DNA of 20,000 nucleotides from an uncultured virus (IMG/VR IMGVR_UViG_2724679462_000001) (taxonomy: Duplodnaviria > Heunggongvirae > Uroviricota > Caudoviricetes). This document shows, in pieces, positions 9,066 to 17,050 of the stretch (within the stretch, counting starts at the first letter, position 1; every line of letters begins with the position of its first letter). Both the position numbers and the translations under genes were made by a program. The notes below the pieces were generated by a model. That model worked only from the letters and a program-made list of their open reading frames with translations, searched no databases and was not told where the DNA came from. The stretch lies in IMG/VR virus record IMGVR_UViG_2724679462_000001. One strand, given 5' to 3'.

Positions 9066-10388
9066 TTAGATAAGGGCGGTCTTGTAGTTCATGCGAGCCA
9101 CCTGCAGCGCGGACCCGTGCATCTTTTTCATAAATAAAAGCAAGAAGATGTTTCCGTACTCGGCGATGGCAGCAGAGAGAGCGGTCGGACTGAGCGCGAG
9201 CTTCTCGCCCACGCATACAGCGCAGTAATCCGTCTTTTCCAGCTTGCAAAACATGGAGCTACGCAAGAGGATTTTCTTGCCCATGTACTGGCCGGCAGCC
9301 TCCAGGTCCGGGATCTTTTCGTGACCGTCTTGCGTCACCACGGAGAATCCCGGCAGCTTGTGGACGGAGTCGTTGTCGACATGGATCTCCAGACCGAGGC
9401 GCGCTCCGCAGTCTTCTTGCGTCACCGTCATGTTCGACGACGCTCGCAGCAGCCACTTCACGGCCTCACCGCCGAGCATGGTTTCCGCACCACGGTTGAA
9501 CGAGCCCGCGCGAAGCGAGTTGTTCATCGCTGGGAACTTGTTGATGTCCCAACCTTCGGAGAGGGAGTTCTGGATGAGATCGACTTCGACGCCATCGCCC
9601 AGGCCCGACTCCGCGCCGTGCATCAGGAACAGCTTCGAGCGCACGACGTCGTAGGACTTCTTGGTGATGAGGAAGTTGGCACCTTCATCGTCCTTCAGAT
9701 ACTCCTTGTCGAATTCGATGAGCTTCTTCATGATGCCCGCGATCACTGCCGGATCATTCAAGCGATCCTTGTTCTCTTCAAGCAGCTTCTTACGCAGCGC
9801 GAGAAGGCCGGGTGGCGCTTGCATCGTCTTGCGCGTCACGGCAGGTACGCACAACTGAGTGAAGCCCGCGAGGTAAAACATGGCGTCGCAGAACTTCAGG
9901 TACTCGCTAACGTAAATCGGCGCTACCTGTGCCTCCGCCTCCGGCACGGGATCGCCGGACTTAGGCTCGTCTGCCAGCCGCTTGATCACGTAGGCTTCCA
10001 ACTTGCCAGCATCGACGCGACCGGTCACAAACGGCACCTTTTTGCCGAATGGCCAGATGATCGCGGTGAAGTTGAAGAGCACGTTGCCGTAGGTGGTCTT
10101 CACGTCCTCGTAGGCGTTCGGAGTCTCGCCAACCTTCAGCTCGATGTGATCCTTGATCTTGAGGGGCGGCTCTTTCGGGTCCGCGTCCTCGATCAGCGTC
10201 AATGCATTGCCTTTCTCCGGATCCACGAAGAAATGTCCAGACGGTGTTTGGACTATGCGATAAGGATAGGCATCATTCTTCCATGCCTCCATCCCTTCGC
10301 GGATCAGACTGAACGCAGAGATCACCCACGCGCGCCGTCGATACTCGTCGGCCTGCATGGCCTTGAGGAAGAACTCTCTTTTTGTCAT
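9066..10388 (-). CDS. Phage multisubunit RNA polymerase, beta' C-terminal subunit (phiKZ gp80-like, probably virion RNAP)
   Basis: Bridge-helix-like RAGSFNRGAETMLGGE, zinc-site residues EDCG, RSSMFC and YCAVCVG, and trigger-loop-like MKKMHG, in the order found in RpoC. Only 440 aa and lacks NADFDGD. GAGGT SD. Confidence 0.88.
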   Translation of the reverse strand: MTKREFFLKAMQADEYRRRAWVISAFSLIREGMEAWKNDAYPYRIVQTPSGHFFVDPEKGNALTLIEDADPKEPPLKIKDHIELKVGETPNAYEDVKTTYGNVLFNFTAIIWPFGKKVPFVTGRVDAGKLEAYVIKRLADEPKSGDPVPEAEAQVAPIYVSEYLKFCDAMFYLAGFTQLCVPAVTRKTMQAPPGLLALRKKLLEENKDRLNDPAVIAGIMKKLIEFDKEYLKDDEGANFLITKKSYDVVRSKLFLMHGAESGLGDGVEVDLIQNSLSEGWDINKFPAMNNSLRAGSFNRGAETMLGGEAVKWLLRASSNMTVTQEDCGARLGLEIHVDNDSVHKLPGFSVVTQDGHEKIPDLEAAGQYMGKKILLRSSMFCKLEKTDYCAVCVGEKLALSPTALSAAIAEYGNIFLLLFMKKMHGSALQVARMNYKTALI

Positions 10389-10398
10389 ATTGACCTCA

Positions 10399-11139
10399 CT
10401 ATTCGTAGAACCAGTCCGAATGAGCCGGGTCGGCGGACCTTGCGCGCCGGTCGACGGTGTCTCGCGACAAGCTCAAAGCTTGCGACGCCGCGCGCAGGCT
10501 TTCATACCTAGTGCCCTTCACGTTCACCGGTCGGCTAGTCTTACGACCCAAGTTCCTCATGCGCTCGATATGCTCTTCGGAGTAAGTCCGGTCGAGGTTA
10601 GCTCTGGAGATCTTCTGCTTATGATCGTCAGTCAGGCTTTTCCCAGTTCGCGCCCGACGCAGCTTCTCAATGTGTTCCGGCGTCTTCTTATATCCCTTGA
10701 GGGCCTCGCTAATGTTGGCCTTGTGTTCCGCCGATTTCGCGACGCCGAGACCACGACCAACGGCTGACGCCCTCATTCGCGCAAGCGACCTTTCTGAGAG
10801 GACCAAGCCCTTCATTGGATTCCGAGCGTTCGAACCCGCGTTGAATACACGACCAGCGACGAAGTACCGATTCAAGAATTCTTGTTCGCGGTCGTACGCA
10901 TCTTCTCGCGTGTCTGTTAGCACCGACTTTATTCTGATTGCTGGACTTTCTCGATAGGCTTCCTGGAGTGCCGCACAATGGTGCGCACCTCTTCGAAGGT
11001 TCCACTCATGTTGCCGGATCCGAGTGTGTAGATCACCCGAGCTACCGACATACATGAGTCCGCTCGGCTCATGGATGATGATGTAGACGCCACAATACGA
11101 AGTCCTGGGTGGGACGTCGGCGAAGTCACTGAGGTCCAT
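10399..11139 (-). CDS. Free-standing GIY-YIG homing endonuclease with NUMOD3 repeats and C-terminal HTH
   Basis: GVYIIIHEPSGLMYVGSS motif, conserved R (TRIRQH), E (DREQEFL) and FN. Four NUMOD3-like units (SAEHKANISEA, TPEHIEKLRRA, TDDHKQKISRA, SEEHIERMR). YESLRAASQALSLSRDTV HTH. Start placed at ATG 11139 after GGGGA. Confidence 0.9.
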   Translation of the reverse strand: MDLSDFADVPPRTSYCGVYIIIHEPSGLMYVGSSGDLHTRIRQHEWNLRRGAHHCAALQEAYRESPAIRIKSVLTDTREDAYDREQEFLNRYFVAGRVFNAGSNARNPMKGLVLSERSLARMRASAVGRGLGVAKSAEHKANISEALKGYKKTPEHIEKLRRARTGKSLTDDHKQKISRANLDRTYSEEHIERMRNLGRKTSRPVNVKGTRYESLRAASQALSLSRDTVDRRARSADPAHSDWFYE

Positions 11140-11989
11140 GCTTGATCCCCGTCGTTTCCTTGATCTCGCACTTGAGCAGCAAGTCACCGATCGCAATGTC
11201 GGCCTTGGTCAGGATGTCGAGGTCGTTGATGAAGTCCTCAATGTGCGCCTTGATGACGCTGCGCGGGCTCTCGAAGCCGTCGGTCGAGATGATCGCCATC
11301 GACACGAGGTTGGCTGCGATGTTCTGCACCGGCATGCCTTCGAACGCCCGGCCCACGAGGTTGGCGTAGATCATGAACGGGTGGCCGAAGTCGATGCCGC
11401 TTGCGATGTAGTGGTCCAGGATCAGGTCAAGGCCACCTATGTGATTCTTGAAGCGACGGTACGCATCGAGGTACTTCTGACGAGCCGCTGCGTGATCTTC
11501 GGGTTCCTCCAGCTCAACCCGATCGCTCGTGATCTCGATGATTTTCCGAATCGTGCGTTGACTCACGGCGTGGATGTCCACCAACAGCTCTTCAGCCGTG
11601 TGACTGGTGGTCACCGAGAGGACTTCAGCGAGCAGCTCCTCCGGATGCAAGTCCATCGCGCAGTGCTGAAGGATGATGTGCGGATCCTGATACGACTCGA
11701 TCGCATGAAGTCCGGAGAGCAGCGTCGTGAGATGACTCACCCGTGCCTCGTCATTCGGCTCGACACCCATTGCCTTGAGCAGCGTGACGAGAATGTCTCG
11801 GGTAGTGTCGTAGATCCGCTGGACGGTCTGACCTTGATCGGTCGTGTCGTCCGTCATCAGGATCTCGACGAAATCGTCCGAGTAGTCCGGCAGTTCCAGC
11901 GCATCCAGAGCAGCGTGCGCTTCTTCAATTGTTTGGGTGAATTCGGGCGAGGCTGCCCCCGCCAGATAGTCCCGCAAGATGTCAATCAT
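11126..11989 (-). CDS. Hypothetical core-like phage protein (287 aa), first gene of the RNAP-subunit operon
   Basis: Acidic protein with phage-core codon bias beginning at MIDILRDYL (ATG 11989, GGGA upstream). The track's extra 43 codons lie in AT-rich intergenic DNA. Confidence 0.78.
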   Translation of the reverse strand: MIDILRDYLAGAASPEFTQTIEEAHAALDALELPDYSDDFVEILMTDDTTDQGQTVQRIYDTTRDILVTLLKAMGVEPNDEARVSHLTTLLSGLHAIESYQDPHIILQHCAMDLHPEELLAEVLSVTTSHTAEELLVDIHAVSQRTIRKIIEITSDRVELEEPEDHAAARQKYLDAYRRFKNHIGGLDLILDHYIASGIDFGHPFMIYANLVGRAFEGMPVQNIAANLVSMAIISTDGFESPRSVIKAHIEDFINDLDILTKADIAIGDLLLKCEIKETTGIKHGPQ

Positions 11990-12143
11990 AAATGGCGAGT
12001 CCCGAAATAGAAAAATACCGACGGTATTAATGCTGTAGCGAAAACCATCGACGCCAACCCGATCTGATCGAGCCAGGGAAATGGAACGGTCAAATAATGG
12101 ATCGCAGAAACAGTACAACTAACTTTCTCAGGACGTTTCACTT

Positions 12144-12869
12144 ATGACCAAGAAGAGTCAAGCGCGCATTCAGCGCGACATCGCAGAAGGCAAGCGTAAG
12201 CCTGCCGCTCGTTCGGTAAACATGTCGGTGAACCAGCCGATCAAGCCGACGCAGAAGGCCGATGGCTCGTTCTCGATGTCGGCAGCAGATCGGATCCTCG
12301 CCGAGTGCCGTGCGGGCGCGGACATCCCGAAGCACGAGCAGAACACCTGCTGGGACGATCTGACCGGCGTCTACCAGCAAATGTCGGGCATGCTCCTTCG
12401 CCACACCGAGATTTCCCTGGTGCTGAACGACAACGAGCTGATGTCCTTCATCGAGGACAAGGACACGTTCAAGACCAACGTCAAGCTGTTTGCAAGCGAT
12501 CTGCGCAAACTGAGCGACGAGCTGCAGCAGCTGCGCGCGCTGCACGCTGGCAAGGTCGGTGGCAGCGAAGACCCGGACGAAGTCCTGCACTCGATCCATA
12601 TCTTCGAGCAGTACAACCTGTGGATGCAGAAGCACGACGGCGTCCTCATGCCGACGGTCTACCACATCCTCGAAGCGACGAACCAGGCTGAGCTTGCTCG
12701 CGGTCGCGCTCACTCGGCAAACGGTCAACTGAACGGCGATGCGCCGGAGCTCGCTGTCGATCCCGCTGTGCTCGACGTGAACCAGATCACCGATGTGACC
12801 TTCAACGACGAGAACGTCGGTCAGGTCGTCGGCGTGCCGGCCACGGCCGACGAAGTCGCTCCCCAGTAA
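12144..12869 (+). CDS. Hypothetical core-like phage protein (241 aa), basic N-terminus, coiled-coil centre, acidic tail
   Basis: AGGA SD, strong codon bias, divergent from 11989. Confidence 0.82.
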   Translation: MTKKSQARIQRDIAEGKRKPAARSVNMSVNQPIKPTQKADGSFSMSAADRILAECRAGADIPKHEQNTCWDDLTGVYQQMSGMLLRHTEISLVLNDNELMSFIEDKDTFKTNVKLFASDLRKLSDELQQLRALHAGKVGGSEDPDEVLHSIHIFEQYNLWMQKHDGVLMPTVYHILEATNQAELARGRAHSANGQLNGDAPELAVDPAVLDVNQITDVTFNDENVGQVVGVPATADEVAPQ

Positions 12870-12890
12870 TCGAAAGAAGAGAGGTTAGTT

Positions 12891-14441
12891 GTGAGTGTTC
12901 ACAAAGAACATCAACATCCTGGAATGATTCTCCAGGACGTCGCTCCGGCAGACGCCGTGCTCGGCATGGACACGATCGAAACGGAGTACCAGGAACCGGC
13001 CGTGTCGACGCCGGAAGAAAAGCAGGAAGACGTCGAGATCGCCGGCATCGGTCACCTGCCGCAATCGGAAACCACTCAACAGGACGCTGAGGTGTTCTTC
13101 CCGCTCGACGGGGAGTGGGACACCAACGGCACGTTCCTCATCGGCCAGGCCGACACGCAAGATCGTGCGTCGCGTGCGATTGCCGCGATGCCGAACCTGG
13201 ATCTGACCGATACGGAAAGCGGTCGTGAATGGGTCGACTACATGCGCGAAAGCATGATCAGCGCACCCAACAAGGATCAATGGCGTGCCGCGGTCGATCG
13301 CGACGGCAGCGAATGGCGTCAGGGTGTTAAGTCCGAGCGCGGCAATCTCGCCATGGGTGCGATGTCGTTCAAGAACGTGTCGGGCGAGCTGCTCACAGGC
13401 GAAAAGGCCGTCCTGCAAGTTCGGGCGCTGCTCGGCCTGGGTAGCACCATCCAGGTTCCGCTCTGGCACTCGGGCTTTCACATCACCATCAAGGCCCCGT
13501 CGGAGATCGCACTGCTCGAACTCAACCGTCGCCTCATGGACGAGAAGATCGTCATGGGTCGCACCACCAACGGTCTTGCGTTTGCGAACACGGCTTCTTA
13601 TTTGAACGGCGGGCTGCTGGACTTCGCAATGGAACACGTGTACGACACGTCGCTCCAGGAGAAGGACATGGCTCGCATCAAGGCCATGATCGAGACGCCT
13701 GACCTGCCGCTGCTGTTCTGGGGCCTCGCTTGTGCGATCTGGCCGCGCGGTTTCCAGTACGCTCGTCCGTACCTCGATCCGATCACGAACGAGGAAAAGA
13801 TGCTGCGCGAGAAGCTCGCGGTTGGCAAGCTCCTCTTCGTGGACACCAAGGCACTCACGCCGTGGCAGATCTCGCACATGGCGCATCGTGGCAGCGGTAC
13901 GATGACGGCCGATGCAGTGAAGCGTTACAAGACGGAGTTCACGGTCGGCCAGCCGCGTCGCGTTCAGTTGTCGGAACACATCGCCGTCACGCTCAAGGTG
14001 CCGTCGGCTAACGACTACGTGATCTCCGGTTACAAGTGGATCGGCGAAATCACGCGCGTGGTCGACGAAGCGTTCCAGTTGCCGCCGGAAGATCAGCGCC
14101 GCACGAACTTCATCGTGCAGCACGGCAAGGCGACGAACATGCGTCAGTACATCCACTGGGTCGCCGAGATTCATCCGGGTGCCGCGACCATTACTGATCG
14201 TGAGACCATCGAGAAGATCATCGACGATCTGTCCAGCAACGACGAGGTGCGCCGCAAGTACTTCGACGAGGTGAAGAAGTTCATCGATGATTCGACGATG
14301 GCCGTGATCGCTACGCCGACGGCGAACACGAAGGAAGAGAAGCAGTTGCCGCGCTTCCCGCATCTGTTGCCGATGAATGTCGAGCAGACTTTTTTTACCC
14401 TGCTCGAACAGAAAATCAGCCAGATCTCCCTCCGCAACTAA
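12891..14441 (+). CDS. Core-like jumbo-phage protein (516 aa), possible tail/baseplate assembly chaperone (G-like)
   Basis: GAGGT SD before GTG and strong codon bias. Slippery heptamer 15 codons before the stop. The chaperone role is inferred only from the frameshift architecture. Confidence 0.8.
   Translation: MSVHKEHQHPGMILQDVAPADAVLGMDTIETEYQEPAVSTPEEKQEDVEIAGIGHLPQSETTQQDAEVFFPLDGEWDTNGTFLIGQADTQDRASRAIAAMPNLDLTDTESGREWVDYMRESMISAPNKDQWRAAVDRDGSEWRQGVKSERGNLAMGAMSFKNVSGELLTGEKAVLQVRALLGLGSTIQVPLWHSGFHITIKAPSEIALLELNRRLMDEKIVMGRTTNGLAFANTASYLNGGLLDFAMEHVYDTSLQEKDMARIKAMIETPDLPLLFWGLACAIWPRGFQYARPYLDPITNEEKMLREKLAVGKLLFVDTKALTPWQISHMAHRGSGTMTADAVKRYKTEFTVGQPRRVQLSEHIAVTLKVPSANDYVISGYKWIGEITRVVDEAFQLPPEDQRRTNFIVQHGKATNMRQYIHWVAEIHPGAATITDRETIEKIIDDLSSNDEVRRKYFDEVKKFIDDSTMAVIATPTANTKEEKQLPRFPHLLPMNVEQTFFTLLEQKISQISLRN
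14390..14396 (+). other. Candidate -1 programmed ribosomal frameshift site T TTT TTT
   Basis: ACT TTT TTT ACC is in X XXY YYZ phase. The -1 frame is open from here into ORF 14447..14866. Confidence 0.65.
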
Positions 14442-14446
14442 GACCG

Positions 14447-14866
14447 TTGCATGTCGCGCAGCCAGACTTTGGCGAGCAAGTCGAGGACGAGAATCCCCTG
14501 AGGGCCGCAATGGAGCGCGGACCCACGGTGCTCAACTCCTCGGACGTGCAGCTGGCGCTGCGCGACTGCTACGAAACCACCTACCGCATTTACGACCATT
14601 CGCGGTCCGGGCACAATGACGCGCTCGCACTGGTCGCGATGCGTGAGGCGGAAGATAGTTCGTCGGGTGGTCTTCTGTACGAGCAGATTCGGCGATTCGA
14701 AGAGCGGCAAGTGTACAAGCACTTCGGTCTGAACCTGGTCCAGTTCCTCGAGCTGCCGTCAGACATCGTGCGGTTCGTTTTGGAGATGTCGCTCAAGCGT
14801 CAGCAGAGCAATGCGAAGACGCAGGAAGACGTGGTTGATGAAATTCAGCGCATGGCGGAGGGGTGA
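14447..14866 (+). CDS. Hypothetical protein (139 aa), probably the -1 frameshift extension (T-like) of 12891..14441
   Basis: Good codon bias, but a TTG start with no SD. The segment YKHFGLNLVQFLELP resembles the helix-turn-'FLxLP' pattern of tail-chaperone T domains and T4 gp51-like proteins (by eye). Confidence 0.72.
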   Translation: MHVAQPDFGEQVEDENPLRAAMERGPTVLNSSDVQLALRDCYETTYRIYDHSRSGHNDALALVAMREAEDSSSGGLLYEQIRRFEERQVYKHFGLNLVQFLELPSDIVRFVLEMSLKRQQSNAKTQEDVVDEIQRMAEG

Positions 14867-15312
14867 TGATCGAGCAGGTGGCTGTGCAAGACATCTTCGC
14901 TTCTGCCTGTCAGGCGCTGGTTGTGCCGGTCAACGTAGTCGGTACAATGGGCAAGGGTTTAGCGAAAGCCTTCGCTCATCGGTATCCAGGTCTTGAAGCA
15001 GCGTATCGCGATGCGTGCCGCCGGCGGGTGTTTTCAACGCGCGGTCTGTTTGTATGGAAAGCGGAGAACGGGAAACTGATCGTCTGCTTTCCGACCAAGC
15101 GTCACTGGGCCCACCCATCTCGGCTTCACTGGATCGACGAAGGTCTGAAACGACTGGCGCGCGATTTCGAGAGGTATCAGATCCGGTCTATCGCCATGCC
15201 GATGATCGGATGCGGGGAGGGCAAGTTGCGATGGGATGACGTCTATCCCTTGGTGATGGAATGGCTCGACCCTTTGGAGCTGCGTGTACGGATTTGTTTG
15301 TCGCCACGCTGA
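14863..15312 (+). CDS. Macrodomain ADP-ribosylhydrolase, DarG/TARG1(Poa1p)-type
   Basis: DIF...LVVPVNVVGTMGKGLAKAF, FPTKRHW (catalytic Lys position) and SIAMPMIGCGEGKLRW. GGAGG SD, start overlapping the upstream stop. Confidence 0.88.
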   Translation: MMIEQVAVQDIFASACQALVVPVNVVGTMGKGLAKAFAHRYPGLEAAYRDACRRRVFSTRGLFVWKAENGKLIVCFPTKRHWAHPSRLHWIDEGLKRLARDFERYQIRSIAMPMIGCGEGKLRWDDVYPLVMEWLDPLELRVRICLSPR

Positions 15313-15392
15313 AACCCAAAAAAAAAGAAGGAAGGTCATAACGGGAGGGCGCGAGCCCTCCCTCTATGCCGTCTTCCTTATAATTACTTCAG
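15279..15392 (+). repeat. 114-bp imperfect direct repeat, left copy
   Basis: About 80% identical by eye to 18033-18146. Comprises the macrodomain gene 3' end, an A9 run, a stem-loop and TTACTTCAG. Confidence 0.9.
15328..15379. terminator. CATA-stem-loop-TATG element, probable terminator
   Basis: AAGGAAGGTCATAAC-GGGAGGGC-GCGA-GCCCTCCC-TCTATGCCGTCTTCCTT, with a GNRA loop and an A9 run on the left, between convergent genes. Confidence 0.75.
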
Positions 15393-15396
15393 TATG

Positions 15397-16767
15397 TTAC
15401 TCGTCGGCCTTGTCTAGCGTGGTTGGTGGAATGCCTGCAAAGTTTGAGAAGATGCCGCACTCTTGATCGTACGACAGCCGAACCGCACCGATCGGACCGT
15501 ATTGATTTTTGGCGACGATTAGTTCTGCGACCCCTATATCAGGAGTGTCGGGGTTGTAGTACTCGTCGCGGTAAACGAAGGCCAGCAGGTCGGACTCATC
15601 TCCTAGTTCGTGCCAATTGCCAAGATCTGACCGGATGGGCCGTTTGTTTGGGCGAGCTTCCAACAACCGTGTGACCGGGGCAGTGACGATAATGGCGCAA
15701 TTGAGTTCCCTGGCAAGGCTCTTAAGGGAACGCGCTACTGCGTCCTCATGTGCAACGTTACCCGGGTCGACTTTTATATACGTGATGGAGTCTACTAGGA
15801 CTAAGCCGAGTGCGCCGAATTGCTTCTTTGCCGCTAAACAACTGTCCCGCAAGGAAGCTAAGTTTAGCTCAGTGGTGTCATCTAACAGCATGTGACACTC
15901 CTGTAATTTCTGTATGGCATGTACGGCGCGGCTCCAATCTTCGTCGAGAAGTCGTCCGCGCAAGAACCGAGAGTAAGAGATTTGGCCCGTGATCGTGAGA
16001 AGCCTATGACCTACTTCCTTCTTCCCTATTTTCGTCGAGAAAATAAGTACGGGCATACCCATCTCGGCTGCTACATAGCCTGCTATTCCGAGTGACAAGT
16101 TCGTCTTGCCCATACCGGGCCGGGACGCGATGGTGATAAGTTGCCCCGCGTGGAGGCCGTCAATTGTTCTGTCCACGTCAACAAGGCCCGTCGAGATGCC
16201 ACCAATATCAGCGTTAGAATGATATTGTCGATCGAGTCCTTCTACCATATCCTCCAAGGTTTCTTGGAGGGTGCTCAGCTCGCCGAGTTGGCAACGTCGC
16301 TCTTTCCGCTCTCTCATCTCGTCCACGACCGCACGGATGCCTTGTGCGACGTCGCGCCAAGCAATATCTTCGTTTTGCGATTCGGAGATCGACACTGCAT
16401 CTTTCGGAAGACCTTGGATACCCATTAAGGGCTCTTCGGCTAGGTCTGCGGGTCGCACAAAGATGGGGATTACACGGGCGGTATCATCTTCGTGCCTGCG
16501 CAGAGCAGTATCCAGTTCCTTTTCGTAGCAGTATCCAGAGGCTATGAAGCTAGGGCTGATTAAAGGAAGAATGATGTCCGCGCTCTCGATGTTGCGGTCA
16601 ATCTCGGCCTTCCAGTTAGTGCCGGGGGTTATCCTACGGTCTGACCAGCTCGATATTTTTCCGCGCCGCTTGAGAGACGCGAGTTGTTCTTCGAGACTTT
16701 CCTTGTAGCGCTCGTCTTTGTGCGAATAGCTGATAAAGACGGAGATTTGATTCGGGCTATCGGTCAT
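15397..16767 (-). CDS. TIR domain fused to a degenerate DnaB C-terminal (RecA-fold) helicase domain (456 aa)
   Basis: TIR: VFISYSHKD, WSDRRITPG, LISPSFIASGYCYEKEL, VIPIFVRP. DnaB_C: GISTG, SRPGMGKT, DEDW, RSLKSLAREL, KRP-SDL, FVYRDEYY, AELIVAK, GPIGAVRL. Confidence 0.92.
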   Translation of the reverse strand: MTDSPNQISVFISYSHKDERYKESLEEQLASLKRRGKISSWSDRRITPGTNWKAEIDRNIESADIILPLISPSFIASGYCYEKELDTALRRHEDDTARVIPIFVRPADLAEEPLMGIQGLPKDAVSISESQNEDIAWRDVAQGIRAVVDEMRERKERRCQLGELSTLQETLEDMVEGLDRQYHSNADIGGISTGLVDVDRTIDGLHAGQLITIASRPGMGKTNLSLGIAGYVAAEMGMPVLIFSTKIGKKEVGHRLLTITGQISYSRFLRGRLLDEDWSRAVHAIQKLQECHMLLDDTTELNLASLRDSCLAAKKQFGALGLVLVDSITYIKVDPGNVAHEDAVARSLKSLARELNCAIIVTAPVTRLLEARPNKRPIRSDLGNWHELGDESDLLAFVYRDEYYNPDTPDIGVAELIVAKNQYGPIGAVRLSYDQECGIFSNFAGIPPTTLDKADE

Positions 16768-17050
16768 GGCGTCGACATGTTGGTTCGTATGGGCGTACTT
16801 TACCCCTTATCCGCTTGGGGCAACGGGCTCAAGTCACATCAAGAACGATAGCAAGCGACCAGCTCATCGCTTCTGAACGACGGCTTAGATCGATACCCCG
16901 AGGCGCAGCCCCATTGCGGCGAGCGAGGTTGACGACAGTTGATCGGAGAAATCCGTTGCTTGATCGAAGCGGCCGCTCAAATGACACAGGCAACGCAATG
17001 CCGAAAGGCGATAACGGGCCCGTTTCTTTCGTTGCCCGCCGCCGGCTGCA

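Noticed and set aside
9066..10388. Host rpoC fragment or pseudogene
   Set aside because: The ORF is intact but highly diverged, has its own SD and sits in phage context, matching the split-subunit organisation of jumbo-phage RNAPs.
10389..11139. Group I intron around the GIY-YIG gene
   Set aside because: There is no non-coding room for a ribozyme core, and the flanking genes each have their own start and stop signals.
7388..14510. Long opposite-strand ORFs 7388..8170, 9321..10511, 11138..12010, 12138..12728 and 12885..14510
   Set aside because: Same shadow effect; each lies opposite a gene with recognisable motifs or a good SD.
14377..14619. 80-aa +1-frame ORF spanning the slippery site
   Set aside because: No SD, poor composition, and it overlaps two better genes. 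The -1 frame is the one that continues into a real ORF.
15397..16767. Annotation as the replicative helicase dnaB
   Set aside because: The N-terminal domain is replaced by TIR, and the catalytic Glu, sensor Gln, DNA-binding loop and arginine finger are substituted.
15397..16767. Thoeris, CBASS or Pycsar assignment for the TIR gene
   Set aside because: No ThsA-type effector, cyclase, STING or cyclic-nucleotide-binding partner is present. The neighbouring macrodomain is DarG/TARG1-like, lacks transmembrane helices and lies outside the cassette.
16768..17050. Small ORFs or ncRNA between TIR-DnaB and DUF72
   Set aside because: I could not identify a convincing SD, codon bias or stable structure by eye.
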